A DNA stretch of 64,000 bases, taken from the NCBI RefSeq assembly GCF_006345805.1, contig NC_043000.1, forward strand, positions 38,130,001 to 38,194,000, written 5' to 3'. The translations under genes and the position numbers were made by a program. A model generated the notes under the pieces. That model made no database searches, was not told the origin of the DNA, and was given only the letters and a program-made list of their open reading frames with translations. Within the stretch, counting starts at the first letter, position 1. The number at the start of each line of letters is the position of its first letter. Of this stretch, positions 52,701-64,000 are shown one piece after another. The DNA is from Octopus sinensis. Its lineage: Eukaryota.

Positions 52701-53302
52701 TATGTTATACCTACACATACGGCATGTCTACATGTTTATCTCATAGTGGGAAAGCCAGATACGACTAGTCAGAAGCCTAGATATGATTCGAAGGCAACAG
52801 ATGAGTAAAATGGCTGGATATGAGTCACAGGCGAGGAGTCTAAATATAACTGGATGGCTAAGATGACAAAATTATTATTCGCTGGTGTAATGTCTAGACA
52901 TGATTGGTTGGCTATAGCGCTCGATATAATTCGCTGGCGAGTTGTGTAAATATGACTAAGTGGTTAGATGAACAGATGGGTAAAGATGACCTAGGTGAGT
53001 GATTACGATCAATTGTTTCAATGGCTATATATGACTAAATTGTAAAGTATGACCAAGTGGTTCGATATCCTGGTTTGTCAGGATTAATAGATAGCTAGAT
53101 TTAATTAGATGACTAAACGTCTCGTTACTGCTGGATTGCTAGATAGATGGAAAGATGGGGGGAAATTGTGAACGACCAGATATCACTAAATACATAGATG
53201 GCTGAATCGACTAATATGTCTAAACGACTGTATATGATATGATAGGGAGATATTTAGATGACTATATATGACATGGTAGTTGGGTGCTTAAATGATTATA
53301 TA

Positions 53303-54585
53303 TCAGGATGAGCAAAAAGTAAGCAGCATTTTGAAATATGAAATTCATCACAATATATTTCAGCAACGCGGAAATTTTATTCATCACAATATGTGCCATT
53401 ATAATCAACACGTTTTTGCCAACGTATTACAAGTTTGTTTATTCCGGTAACATAAAAGTCCGGAGTTCTGGAGCTGATGAACTCTTTGAATGCACTTTCA
53501 GCATTGGTTTGATTTTAAACTCTTTCTCTCGCAAGAAACCATCAAGGTGCTTGAGAAAGCTGTAGTCAGTAGGAGAAAGATCTGGGGAATAAGCTGGGCG
53601 AGGAAGAACTTCGGAGACAAGTTCCTTCAACTTCTAGAACATCATTAGTGAAACGTATGGTCGAGCACTATTATGAAACCTGATTGGTTATCTTCTGTTG
53701 ACCAGTCTGGTTCGGAGGAGTAGCAGATTTTCGTTCATTTTGGCAATTTCATGGCAATATGTTTCCGTAGTAATCGTTTTCTGGGTTTTGAGAATGTATA
53801 GTGGATGGGTCCGGCAGTACACCACTAAACAATCACCATTACCTTCTTTTTGAAGAGCTCAGGTTTAAGGATGGTTTTTTTTGGTACTTCATTTGGGTCC
53901 AACCAGTGCGAAGAACGTTTTTTATTATTGTACAGCGTCCACTTTTCATCGCAAGTTACAATACCGTTGGGAAAGGGATCGGTCTGGTTACGGAGAAGAA
54001 GCGACGAGAAAACTTCATATTCGCGCATTTTCTGATTTTCATTCAAATCGTGCGATATCTTTTCGAGCTTTCTTGATTTTTCGATCGCATTCAAATGGTT
54101 GTAGAGAGTTTTCTGATCAACTTGAAATTTTTTACCAGTTCTCGAGTGGTTTTACATTGATCTTTCTCAATGACGGTCTTTAATTGACCGTCATCGATGA
54201 CATATGGGCGTCCGCTACGCTCACCACCTACAAGGCCCAGGTCTCCACTGCGAAATCGTTTAAACCATTTTCGAGCTGGTCACTCACTGGTCATTTCCCC
54301 ACCAAACCTTTCGTTGTTATCGCGAGCAGTGTCAGCTGCTTTACGTCTTTTTTTGAAGTTCAATAGGAAAATTGCTCGAATATCGCGCTTTGAAAGTTCT
54401 ATTTCAGATGATTGTAACAATGGTGAAAAAAAAATATCGATGTCAATTTATTGATCCATTTGGGCAAGTCTATCTCTGTATTATCAGACAATTGCAAAAA
54501 AAAAGGTTTAAAAAAACTGAAAACTGCAAAATCCGTTACAAATTCTTCATGGCTCCAAACGTTGCTTACTTTTTATTCAACTTGA
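53303..54585 (-). mobile_element. Full-length mariner (Hsmar1/cecropia-like), disrupted transposase
   Basis: About 1.28 kb, TA duplication, TIRs tcaggatgagcaaaaagtaagc / gcttactttttattcaacttga; IRAIFLLNFK..KWFKRFRSGD..RSGRP, IVTCDEKW, PAYSPDLSPTDY. Confidence 0.93.
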
Positions 54586-55432
54586 TATATGACACGATAA
54601 TTCTATGTCTAGATGACAATATATAATAACTACATATCTAGATTATTATATGTGATTTGATAACAATATGCCCCGATGACTGTAATTGATTGCTATATGT
54701 CTGGATGAGTTTATTTGATAACTAGATATCAAAACTTTACTGTATGACCAGGAGGTTAAAAGTACCAGAATGGTGACACAACTAGATATATATATCTGGA
54801 TAGAATAGGATTCCAAATGTAATATTGCAAACCTGATCGATAAGCAACCCCGGTGCTGACCAGAAATTTTGCATTATTTTAATCTTTTTGTTTTTTGCAA
54901 CATTCTGAATCGTATTAAAATTTAAATAACTTTTTTTTTGAAAAACTCTAAAAGAAAAATCAATAATGTGAATCGACAAAATATTACACAATCAATCGAT
55001 AGGTCGATATAATATCGTTCAAGCAATTCAGTGATCGATCGTTTGTATTCTGCTGTTTTCTACAACCAATACGACTTATTTTCAGACCTAGTTTCGAGTC
55101 CATCTACTCTGCTTTAACCAACTACTACGGGAGACATCTCAAATACTAACAGACATTTTAAATTACATTTTATATGGAATTATTTGAATATTGGCACCTT
55201 TGGTTACAGATTTCCAATAGGCTAAATATCTTCACTTGCATTCACGATGGTGAAAGGAACATGCGAGAATCTGTGCAATTCAGGCAGAGCAAATACCACA
55301 AGGCATTCTGCTCGAAAGCACCTGCTCTCTTTTTATTCCGATTCACTGCTTATAATCTTTCACGGAAGTACATTGCCGAAGGATACTCACATTAATCAGG
55401 TCTGTCTGTCTGTCAGTTTGTCTGTCTGTCTG

Positions 55433-55439
<7 letters not shown>

Positions 55440-55475
<36 letters not shown>

Positions 55476-56089
55476 GTAGACAGACTGAGCGGCAAGTAAT
55501 CAGAAAGGCAAAGAAGATAGATAGATAGATAGATAGATAGATACATACATACATACATACATACATACATACATACATACATACATACATACATACATAC
55601 ATACACACATACATACATATATACATACATACATGCATGCATGCATACATACATACATACATACATACATACATACATACATGCATAATACATACATACA
55701 TACATACATGCATACATACATACGTACATACATACATACATGCATACATACACACATACGTACATATATATACATACATGCAAACCCAGTACCCCAGATA
55801 AAGTTTTAGCTTCATACCTATTCTGTTGCTCCAGTAACAATAGGTATGAAGCTAAAACTTTATCTGGGGTACTGGGTTTGCATGTATGTATATATATGTA
55901 CGTATGTGTGTATGTATGCATGTATGTATGTATGTATGTACGTATGTATGTATGCATGTATGTATGTATGTATGTATGTATTATGTATGTATGTATGTAT
56001 GTATGTATGTATGCATGCATGCATGTATGTATGTATATATGTATGTATGTGTGTATGTATGTATGTATGTATGTATGTATGTATGTATG

Positions 56090-56139
<50 letters not shown>

Positions 56140-56220
56140 CTTTGCCTTTCTGATTACTTGCCGCTCAGTCTGTCTACTTCTCTCTCTCTCTCTCTCCCTA
56201 TCTATCTCGCTCTCTATCTA
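55440..56220. repeat. Large near-perfect fold-back inversion centred at about 55830
   Basis: Unique arms identical on either side of spacer 55823-55838; cagactgagcggcaagtaatcagaaaggcaaagaag mirrored. Confidence 0.92.
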
Positions 56221-56280
56221 TCTATCTATCTATCTATCTACCTATCTATCTATCTCTCTATCTATCTATCTCTCTCTCTA

Positions 56281-56387
<107 letters not shown>

Positions 56388-56419
56388 CTGTCTGTCTTTC
56401 TATTTGTCTGTATATATAC

Positions 56420-57010
56420 TTACATAGTTGGCATTTGCCCTCAATTTCAAGAGTACGGTCACCCCTCAGTGTCAAATTAATAGCGGAAGTTGAGACGATT
56501 CAACAGTGCTACACGAAGAGAATTGCATCAATGGAACAGTTGAGCAACTTGGAGAGACTGGAAGAATTGCGACTCTACTCCCTGGAGCGAATGAAGGGAA
56601 GACAAGCAGTGATATATAAATATATAGAGTAGGTCCCAGAGGGGCCAGCATCAAACTTTGGCTTCGAGAGTTATACCAGTCTCCGAACAGCAGGCTTTTG
56701 CGCAGTTCCAATGTTCCCACATATACCGGTTAGAATAAGGACCAGGTACTGGAATAAGTTGGGATTCAAAGGCCCACAGCAACCTTGCCACAACACCTGA
56801 GTTGGGGTAGATGTTTTCAAGAAGCAAACTGATTTTCTTTAGTTCCAGATTTCCACGAACTTACATTACGGCAAGAAATTCAAGTCAGATCATTTATGTC
56901 AAATTCCATCCCTCACCAAAAATCAACAGAGGAATGGCCGATGACAGGGTGATGATAGTGGCGGTGCCCCAGCAAGACCAGAGCATTTAGGCTGAAACAC
57001 AAACAATGTA
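56420..57010 (+). pseudogene. CR1-like LINE 3' fragment with 3' tail
   Basis: KLIAEVETIQQCYTKRIASMEQLSNLERLEELRLYSLER; tail ggcggtgccccagc..gctgaaacacaaac. Confidence 0.85.
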
Positions 57011-57239
57011 TATATATGTATAAATGAGTAAAAGCCCCCCCCCCCGTCCAATGGACGGTGCTGAGTTGTCAAACATTTAAACCAAATTTTCTCAAAGCAA
57101 CTTGTCCGAACGTCTTATAGGCCTCCCCTTTGAGAAACACTAATTTAGCCTAAATTTGAGACATCAGCAAAAGAAGAAATAAAGATAGACTTTTTTCTAT
57201 TCCAAAGAAAAACGATCTTATTCACACAAATATATAACC

Positions 57240-57567
57240 GAAGAGTTTAAAGTACCAGTAATAATAAGGCTATTGACTGGGAGAACACAAACGTGGTTTA
57301 AACAGTAAGCTTGGCAGGAAAGAAACGTGCCTTTAAACAGTACAAAAACAACAAAAAATGGATGGCGCAGTTATGTACAGGTTCACGGAAGAAAAGCAGG
57401 ACAAAAACGGCTTCATCGATCGCATTCTCACCTGGAATCGATTTTTGTAATTTTTTCAAGACTTATACACGCCCTGATAATGTCGGTATCTGCATATCAA
57501 ATTTGAACGCAATCGGATGGAAGATGCTCGAGATCCGAGAAGACAGACAGACAGACAGAACGGATTT

Positions 57568-57605
<38 letters not shown>
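57240..57605 (-). mobile_element. Helitron-like 5' fragment
   Basis: Minus strand tatataaaatccgtt(ctgt)n...ttcaaatttg, resembling the start of 42278. Confidence 0.4.
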
Positions 57606-57613
<8 letters not shown>

Positions 57614-57894
57614 TTTTGAATGAACAGCACCTGGAATCTACGTCTACACACTTTTCATTTGTGATGATAAAATATGAACTTCTATTAAAATTTACATACC
57701 ACAGACAGGAAACATTTCCACCGTTTCTACACAGTACGTTCCTTGAATAATGGAAGTGCAACTATAAGATATTTATATATTTTTATTTTCATTTCTACAT
57801 TCATTCTCCTATTTTCCCTCTATACTCCTTATTCGCTTTTCCAAAATAATTCCTTATATTGAACTCTAATATTTCCCTCTATTTAACAAATCTC

Positions 57895-57950
57895 ACTTCG
57901 TCTCTGATGAATGGAAATCCCTAATATGCCAGAAACAGCTGTAGGTCTAA
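57895..57950 (+). ncRNA. Hammerhead ribozyme motif in a Penelope-like pLTR remnant
   Basis: CUGAUGA(57904-57910)-A-UGG..CCA-GAAAC-AGCU-GUA; palindromic stem III; stem I weak. Confidence 0.55.
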
Positions 57951-58021
57951 TTCCCTATTTATAAATGTCCTGGAAATTCCACAGCCTTTGCTATGTTCTC
58001 TCATTTTATTTAACACACACA

Positions 58022-58061
<40 letters not shown>

Positions 58062-58469
58062 TAATGTTCTGAATTTCTCGAAATTCTTCTAAATGATATT
58101 TGAATCTAACTGTCATGCATAAGGAATTACCTTCGATGTTCATCTTACTTGTAATTAATTGGTTTCTGATTGTTCTATATTCTTAAACAAATTCGTTCAA
58201 ATCTGAGGGCTTTATTGACATCTGCCTGGATTTTTCAATATATATATATATATATCAAGGGGAATTATTAATAAAGGATTAGTAATCCACGTGAAATGTG
58301 AAATACTTTTTAAATTCTCTGCAGATAAAAGTGCACCATGGCAATAAATAAATAACTAAAAGTCTTGTGATTGATATTCTAGTCCAGGTAATATGAAATC
58401 AAATTTGTAAATCCATGGTTCTAATACCCAGCTGAGATGGGGCTTTCATTTATTCATATATTTATTTTT

Positions 58470-58690
58470 ATCTTTTATTCTTTTATTCTTTTAACTGTTT
58501 CAGTCATTTGACTGCTGCCATGCTGGAGAATCGCATTTAGTCGAGGAAATCGCCCCCAGGACCCTTAGTAAGCCAAGTACTTATTTTATAGGGCTTTTTT
58601 TGCCGAACCGTTAAGTTATGGTGACGTAAACACACTGACATCGGTTGTCAAGCGATGGCGGGGCTGGGGGACAAACAGACAAACAGACAG

Positions 58691-58723
<33 letters not shown>

Positions 58724-58860
58724 CACATACACACACATATATATGTATATATACGACGAAATCCACTCACTTGGTCGGCCCGAGGCTATAACAGTAGACG
58801 TGCCCAATAAACCACACAGTGTGACTAAATCCGGAACCATGTGATTCGTAAACAAGCTAC
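58470..58860 (-). mobile_element. Headless SINE-A starting at gtagcttgttt
   Basis: Joined at 58860/58861 to the 3' end of copy 2. Confidence 0.88.
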
Positions 58861-59914
58861 TTTATTTCAAAAATTTTGCCATAAAGGCATGATACAGAGT
58901 AGCTTGCGGACTGGACAGAAACACTGATGAGGTGAATGATGAAATAAACTGATATTAATGGGAGAAGGCAAAAAACGCCCGCCGATTTTTTGCTTCTCTA
59001 AAACATTATTTTTTTTTTACACAAAAAACAAACCGAGGTATTGAACCTCTTACTTCCTCTTTTACAAGTTTTGGACTTTATAGTCCATTTACAAATTGAG
59101 GCGCTGAGCCTCTTATACACTTAAACATTATAACACTGAGGCTTTTCAACCTTTTGTCAATTTTCCTCCCCAACATCGCTTGTGCCCGTATACTCCGCCA
59201 ACATCCGCGCCTCGTTTAAAACCAAAGCGGGTTCCGAGTCGGTGTCGCCCGGCCACAAGCGATATTCCTCTTTGAGTCTCTCCAGTCTTCGTATCACAGG
59301 CAACGTTATGGCCTCCACAGCTATCTGAGGAGGCCATTCGTGTTCCCGTTTGAAAGTTAAAGGTATTCCCTTATAGTGTTTTTCCGCCACCTTTTCTACC
59401 TCTCGACCTCTGTAGAAGAAGATCAATATGGTTTTTCCAGATTTTTTTGAGGATGGCCGGGTGCAGGTACCCTGTGATTCTTGTTGGTCGCCCCCCCCCA
59501 GGTGTCATCGGTGCCTGGAGCCTGGTCATATAAAAAAGAAACTTTCCTCAGGAACAAAGCAAAGTCCTGGAGCAGTTGACTGAGACTTCTTTGGAAGGAA
59601 CGAAGGCGGCCGAGGAGGCGGTGGACTCCTCAAAGAAGGGCCGCAAGAGGTAGAAGGTGAGCAGTAATGGGTGCTCACCAAAGGATCCTAGGGATGAGGG
59701 AGGGAAGGCGAATCTCCCGTTCACAGAGGAGACGCACCCTCCCCCAGTTGAGAAGAAAAAAATGAGGAAGAGGAAGAAAAACGGAACATTACAGGCAGTC
59801 GGTGATATAGCACCGGAATGTCCCGGAATCTAGTCGGTAGGGTTGTGCCACCGGCAGAAGTGATACCGTTGGCAAGAATTGTGCCGCCAGCGGTAGAATT
59901 GACTACCTCGACCA
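58861..59914 (-). mobile_element. ORF1-only element copy 2 with 5' inversion
   Basis: 58861-59426 minus: C-terminal domain and 3'UTR; 59427-59914 plus: FPDFF..MAGCRYPVILVGRPP..CHRCLEPGHIK and the Lys-rich linker. Confidence 0.8.
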
Positions 59915-59959
59915 CGGACACTAGGATATTGAAAGGTCTGGCAGCTTAACATGTTCACG

Positions 59960-60004
59960 GATTCCCAGTACTACTTTTACGGACCACCGGTTGGGAACCG
60001 CTGT
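59960..60004 (-). mobile_element. hAT-like terminus fragment
   Basis: Minus strand cagcggttcccaaccggtggtccg. Confidence 0.45.
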
Positions 60005-60292
60005 TGTAGGGTATCATATTTCCTTACTGGATAAGAACGAACAGTGGCTTAAAGCTGAAGGCTAAAAATAGTTGAGCAAGTCCTATATGGAAAAAGAAAA
60101 ATGTTACATTGATCATACTCCTTCCTTTTCCATTTTTTAATTTTCTTTGGCATTTGATTTGTTTTTGGATCTGAAGAATTTAGCTTTGGGCTAGTGGTTC
60201 CTTATATTTTCAATCGATCAATCGATCGATTGATAAGACAGAGACCTGAACGCACATAAACGCATATCTGAAGCAGTTGTAAGCCTATAATT

Positions 60293-60694
60293 AATCTTTT
60301 ATACTCTAGGCACCAGGCCTGAAATTTGGCGGGGAGGGGGAGGGCAGTCGATTAGATCAATCCCAGTACTCAACTGGTACTTAATGTATCGACCTCGAAA
60401 AGAGGAAAGGCAAAGTCGACCTCGGCGGAATTTGAACTTAGGACGTAAAAGCAGACGAAAAACCTATTTCTTTACTACCCACAAAGGGCTGAACACAGAG
60501 AGGACAAACAAGGACAGACACACGAATTAAATCGATTATATCGACCCCAGTGCGTACTGGTACTTAATTTATCGACCCCGAAAGGATGAAAGTCAAAGTC
60601 AACCTCGGCGGAATTTGAACTCAGAACGTAATGGCAGACGAAATACGGCTACGTATTTCGCTCGGCGTGCTAACGGTTCTGCCAGTTCACCGCC
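60293..60694 (-). mobile_element. Dimeric SINE-B
   Basis: Full monomer plus headless monomer, junction at about 60463. Confidence 0.88.
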
Positions 60695-60899
60695 TTTTGT
60701 AAGCATATGATAAATAAATAAATCGATAAATAAATAAATAAATAGATAAATGTGTTCAGTCCATTACATTTTAGGAGCGAACCAAAAATCACGTTGTTAA
60801 GTGAACATCTTGACCATCATGTCCACAGAACCATGCCTATACTCATAATACAACATTCGTTCCGTGTCACGCACTAATTCAATTTCCGAAATAATAATG

Positions 60900-60976
<77 letters not shown>

Positions 60977-61187
60977 GATAAATAAGCAAAAATATATCAT
61001 GAGAATAAGATGAAGACATTTTCTTTTTTTTTTTTTCGTAAATTCTAGAAGGATGTTTTCTCGTCTAAAAATTAGAAATAAATTGATATTTCTGAGAACT
61101 GACATTCAATGAGAATATTATTCATTATCATCGTGTACGCTGTTGCTTGTGATAATTACTGAAATGATACAAGCAGTTTAGAGAGGA

Positions 61188-61233
<46 letters not shown>

Positions 61234-61753
61234 TGTGTGTGGTTTTTTTTTCTTCGCTATTTCCTAAGGAAATTTCTGAAGAATCGGTCTAATTTCCAAT
61301 ATAATTGTTCCATCTCCTGCACGCACCTGTTCACTGTAGTGTCACTTATCCAATTTGTTGCTTAACGATAAACCAAAGAAACAAATTGGCAATAAGCAGG
61401 AGTGCTTTAGCGAGATAAAATTAATACGTTAATAGCAACAAATAAAGATAAATGGACAATTAAAATGCTGTTTTCATCTTGAAAGATTTATTCAGTTATT
61501 TCATGGTTTTCTCTCCCCCGTCCCTGCTCTCTCTCTCTCTCCCTCCCCTCCCCCTCTTTCTCTCTCTGTGTTTTTTTTTTTTCTCAAGTTTTCTCCGTTA
61601 TGGTTTCCTGAAGTGTTTTAAGTCTATTAGGAAATATTGGCGTTAAAAGAATCCTGTATATGTGAAGCAGGGAATCTATCTCCAACGAAACTATACAATA
61701 AACGGATTAGTTTTGTTTCAGGCGAGAAGGGATTTCGGAAGAAAATAATAATG

Positions 61754-61808
<55 letters not shown>

Positions 61809-61827
61809 TGATGATGATGATGATGAT

Positions 61828-61867
<40 letters not shown>

Positions 61868-62267
61868 CAATAATGATGATAAAATAAGGCGGTGGGGAAA
61901 TGTTGAAATATCGAATTGAAAGTCAGATTTTATGTCATGCGATCTGAGAAAGGATAAAAATAGAAAATGAAAATGTATTGTAAATATGGAATTAGGGGAC
62001 AAGATAGGGAGAGAAAGAGAGAGAGAGAGAGCGGGAAAGAGAGATAGTGAGAGGGAGAGGGAGAGAGAGAAAGAGAGAGAGAGGGAGAGGGAGAGGGAGA
62101 GAGAGAAAGAGCGCGAGTAACAGGATGATGTGTAGGGTTAAGGGAATGAAGTGAGAGAAAAGAAAGAGATGGCGAGTGTAAGGATGAGAGAGATAAGTGC
62201 GATGAGGAGCGTGGGTGGGTGGGTGGCGTGAGTGAGCGTGAGATGACTACAGTAATGTATATGTACA

Positions 62268-62310
<43 letters not shown>

Positions 62311-63151
62311 TTATATACAGAGAGAGAGAGAGAGAAATAAATACACGAAGAAAAAATAGAGCGAAGAGAAAAAAGTCACTAAAGATTAAGGAGAATATGA
62401 AATTGATTTGTATACACACCACACACACACACACGCGCGCACACACACACACATACAGACACACACACACATCCAAACATACAAACACATCCTCGCACAC
62501 GCACATACTAAATTAAGCAAAAACCATTCTCCCTTTATTTTAACAAACATGTCCACACGTACGGATGTGCAGACGAATGCATATAAAGACAATTCCACTC
62601 TCACATAGGCTCACACACCGACACACACACATATACCTATACATTCTTACAAGAACATACACACACATACACACCCAATACATATGGATGTGGAAGAGAT
62701 AATTTGGGAATTGTCGACGATTCTTATGTCCAAAAATGGTGGAAAGAAAAAAACGACAAAAAGAGAAACAGATACAAAGAGAAGACGAGAGGAGAAACGA
62801 GTCGCAGCACATTGTAAAGATGGGCAGAGCTGACAGGTTGAGGAGGAATATTAGAAGAAGAATATATGCGTGTGTGTGCGCGCGCGTGTGTGTGTGTGTG
62901 TATGTGTATGCGTGTGTTACGTGTGTGTGTGTGTGTGTGTGTAAACATAGATACTTACATACAAATACACTCATATATATATGTATATAGATGCAAACAT
63001 TCATATGTATGTGTATATGTATCTATCTATCTTCTAGGTATGTATGTATGCATGTATGTATGTATATATAGATACATACATATATATATAATATATACAT
63101 ATATATGTCATATATATTTATTTATATCGTATAATATATTTATACATATAT

Positions 63152-63182
<31 letters not shown>

Positions 63183-63556
63183 ACTTATATAGAGAGACAC
63201 ACACACACACATATATATATAGTTAGAGAGAGGGAGAGAGAGAAAGAGAGAGAGAGAGAAAGAGAGAGAGAGAAAGAGAAAGAGAGTAATCGGAGAAGGA
63301 TATTTATGAAAATAACATGTAAAAAGGAATATATAGAAATATGGCAAAAAAAAACGAGGCTGGATATCTGGGCATAAACTTACGCTGCCCACCTCCCTTC
63401 CTGAAACCTACACACACACACTCACACACTCACACATACACACACACGCACACACACATACACACACATACATATGCACGCATATGTTAGAGATATACAT
63501 ACATAAATATGCATATAATCATGAACATACATGTGTGGGTGTGGGTGTGTAAGTGA

Positions 63557-63592
<36 letters not shown>

Positions 63593-63866
63593 ATTAGTGT
63601 GTGCGCGTACAGATAAATATACGCACAGAAATCATATACTTAGATGTCTACATTATCCATCCCTCCGTGCATAGACACATACACACACGCATACATACAC
63701 ACGCATACAACAACGACACAGACATATATACATACAATACATCTTTTAAAGCTAGCCATTCACACATACATACCATATTATGATATTTATTTATATATAT
63801 ATATATATAATATATATTTATATTATATATACATACATATATATATATACATACATATATATATAA

Positions 63867-63921
<55 letters not shown>

Positions 63922-64000
63922 CTCGATATATATATATATATATATATATTTATGGATAAATGCATTCGTACGTGTGTATAAGCATATAAATATTTACAAA

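Overview
Eukaryotic, extremely microsatellite- and transposon-rich DNA. The SINE repertoire (tRNA-headed CORE-type and related families) and repeat landscape strongly suggest an Octopus (coleoid cephalopod) genome. There is one 100-N assembly gap. No host protein-coding gene can be supported, only weak candidate exons; nearly all listed ORFs are translations of (TA)n/(CA)n/(TATG)n/trinucleotide repeats. Recognisable content: many SINEs, CR1-like, RTE-BovB and R4/Dong-like LINE fragments, a Penelope GIY-YIG fragment and several Penelope-type hammerhead motifs, one full-length and two deleted mariners, MITEs, a Helitron carrying a LINE ORF1 fragment, and several fold-back palindromes. The most notable observation is a pair of divergent ORF1-only (half-L1/Tx1-like, CCHC zinc knuckle) elements at about 20.9-22.2 kb and 58.9-59.9 kb. 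Both end in GAAATAAA joined at the identical base of a SINE tRNA head. They share an unrecognised C-terminal domain and covarying 3'UTR hairpins, and one shows a twin-priming-type inversion.
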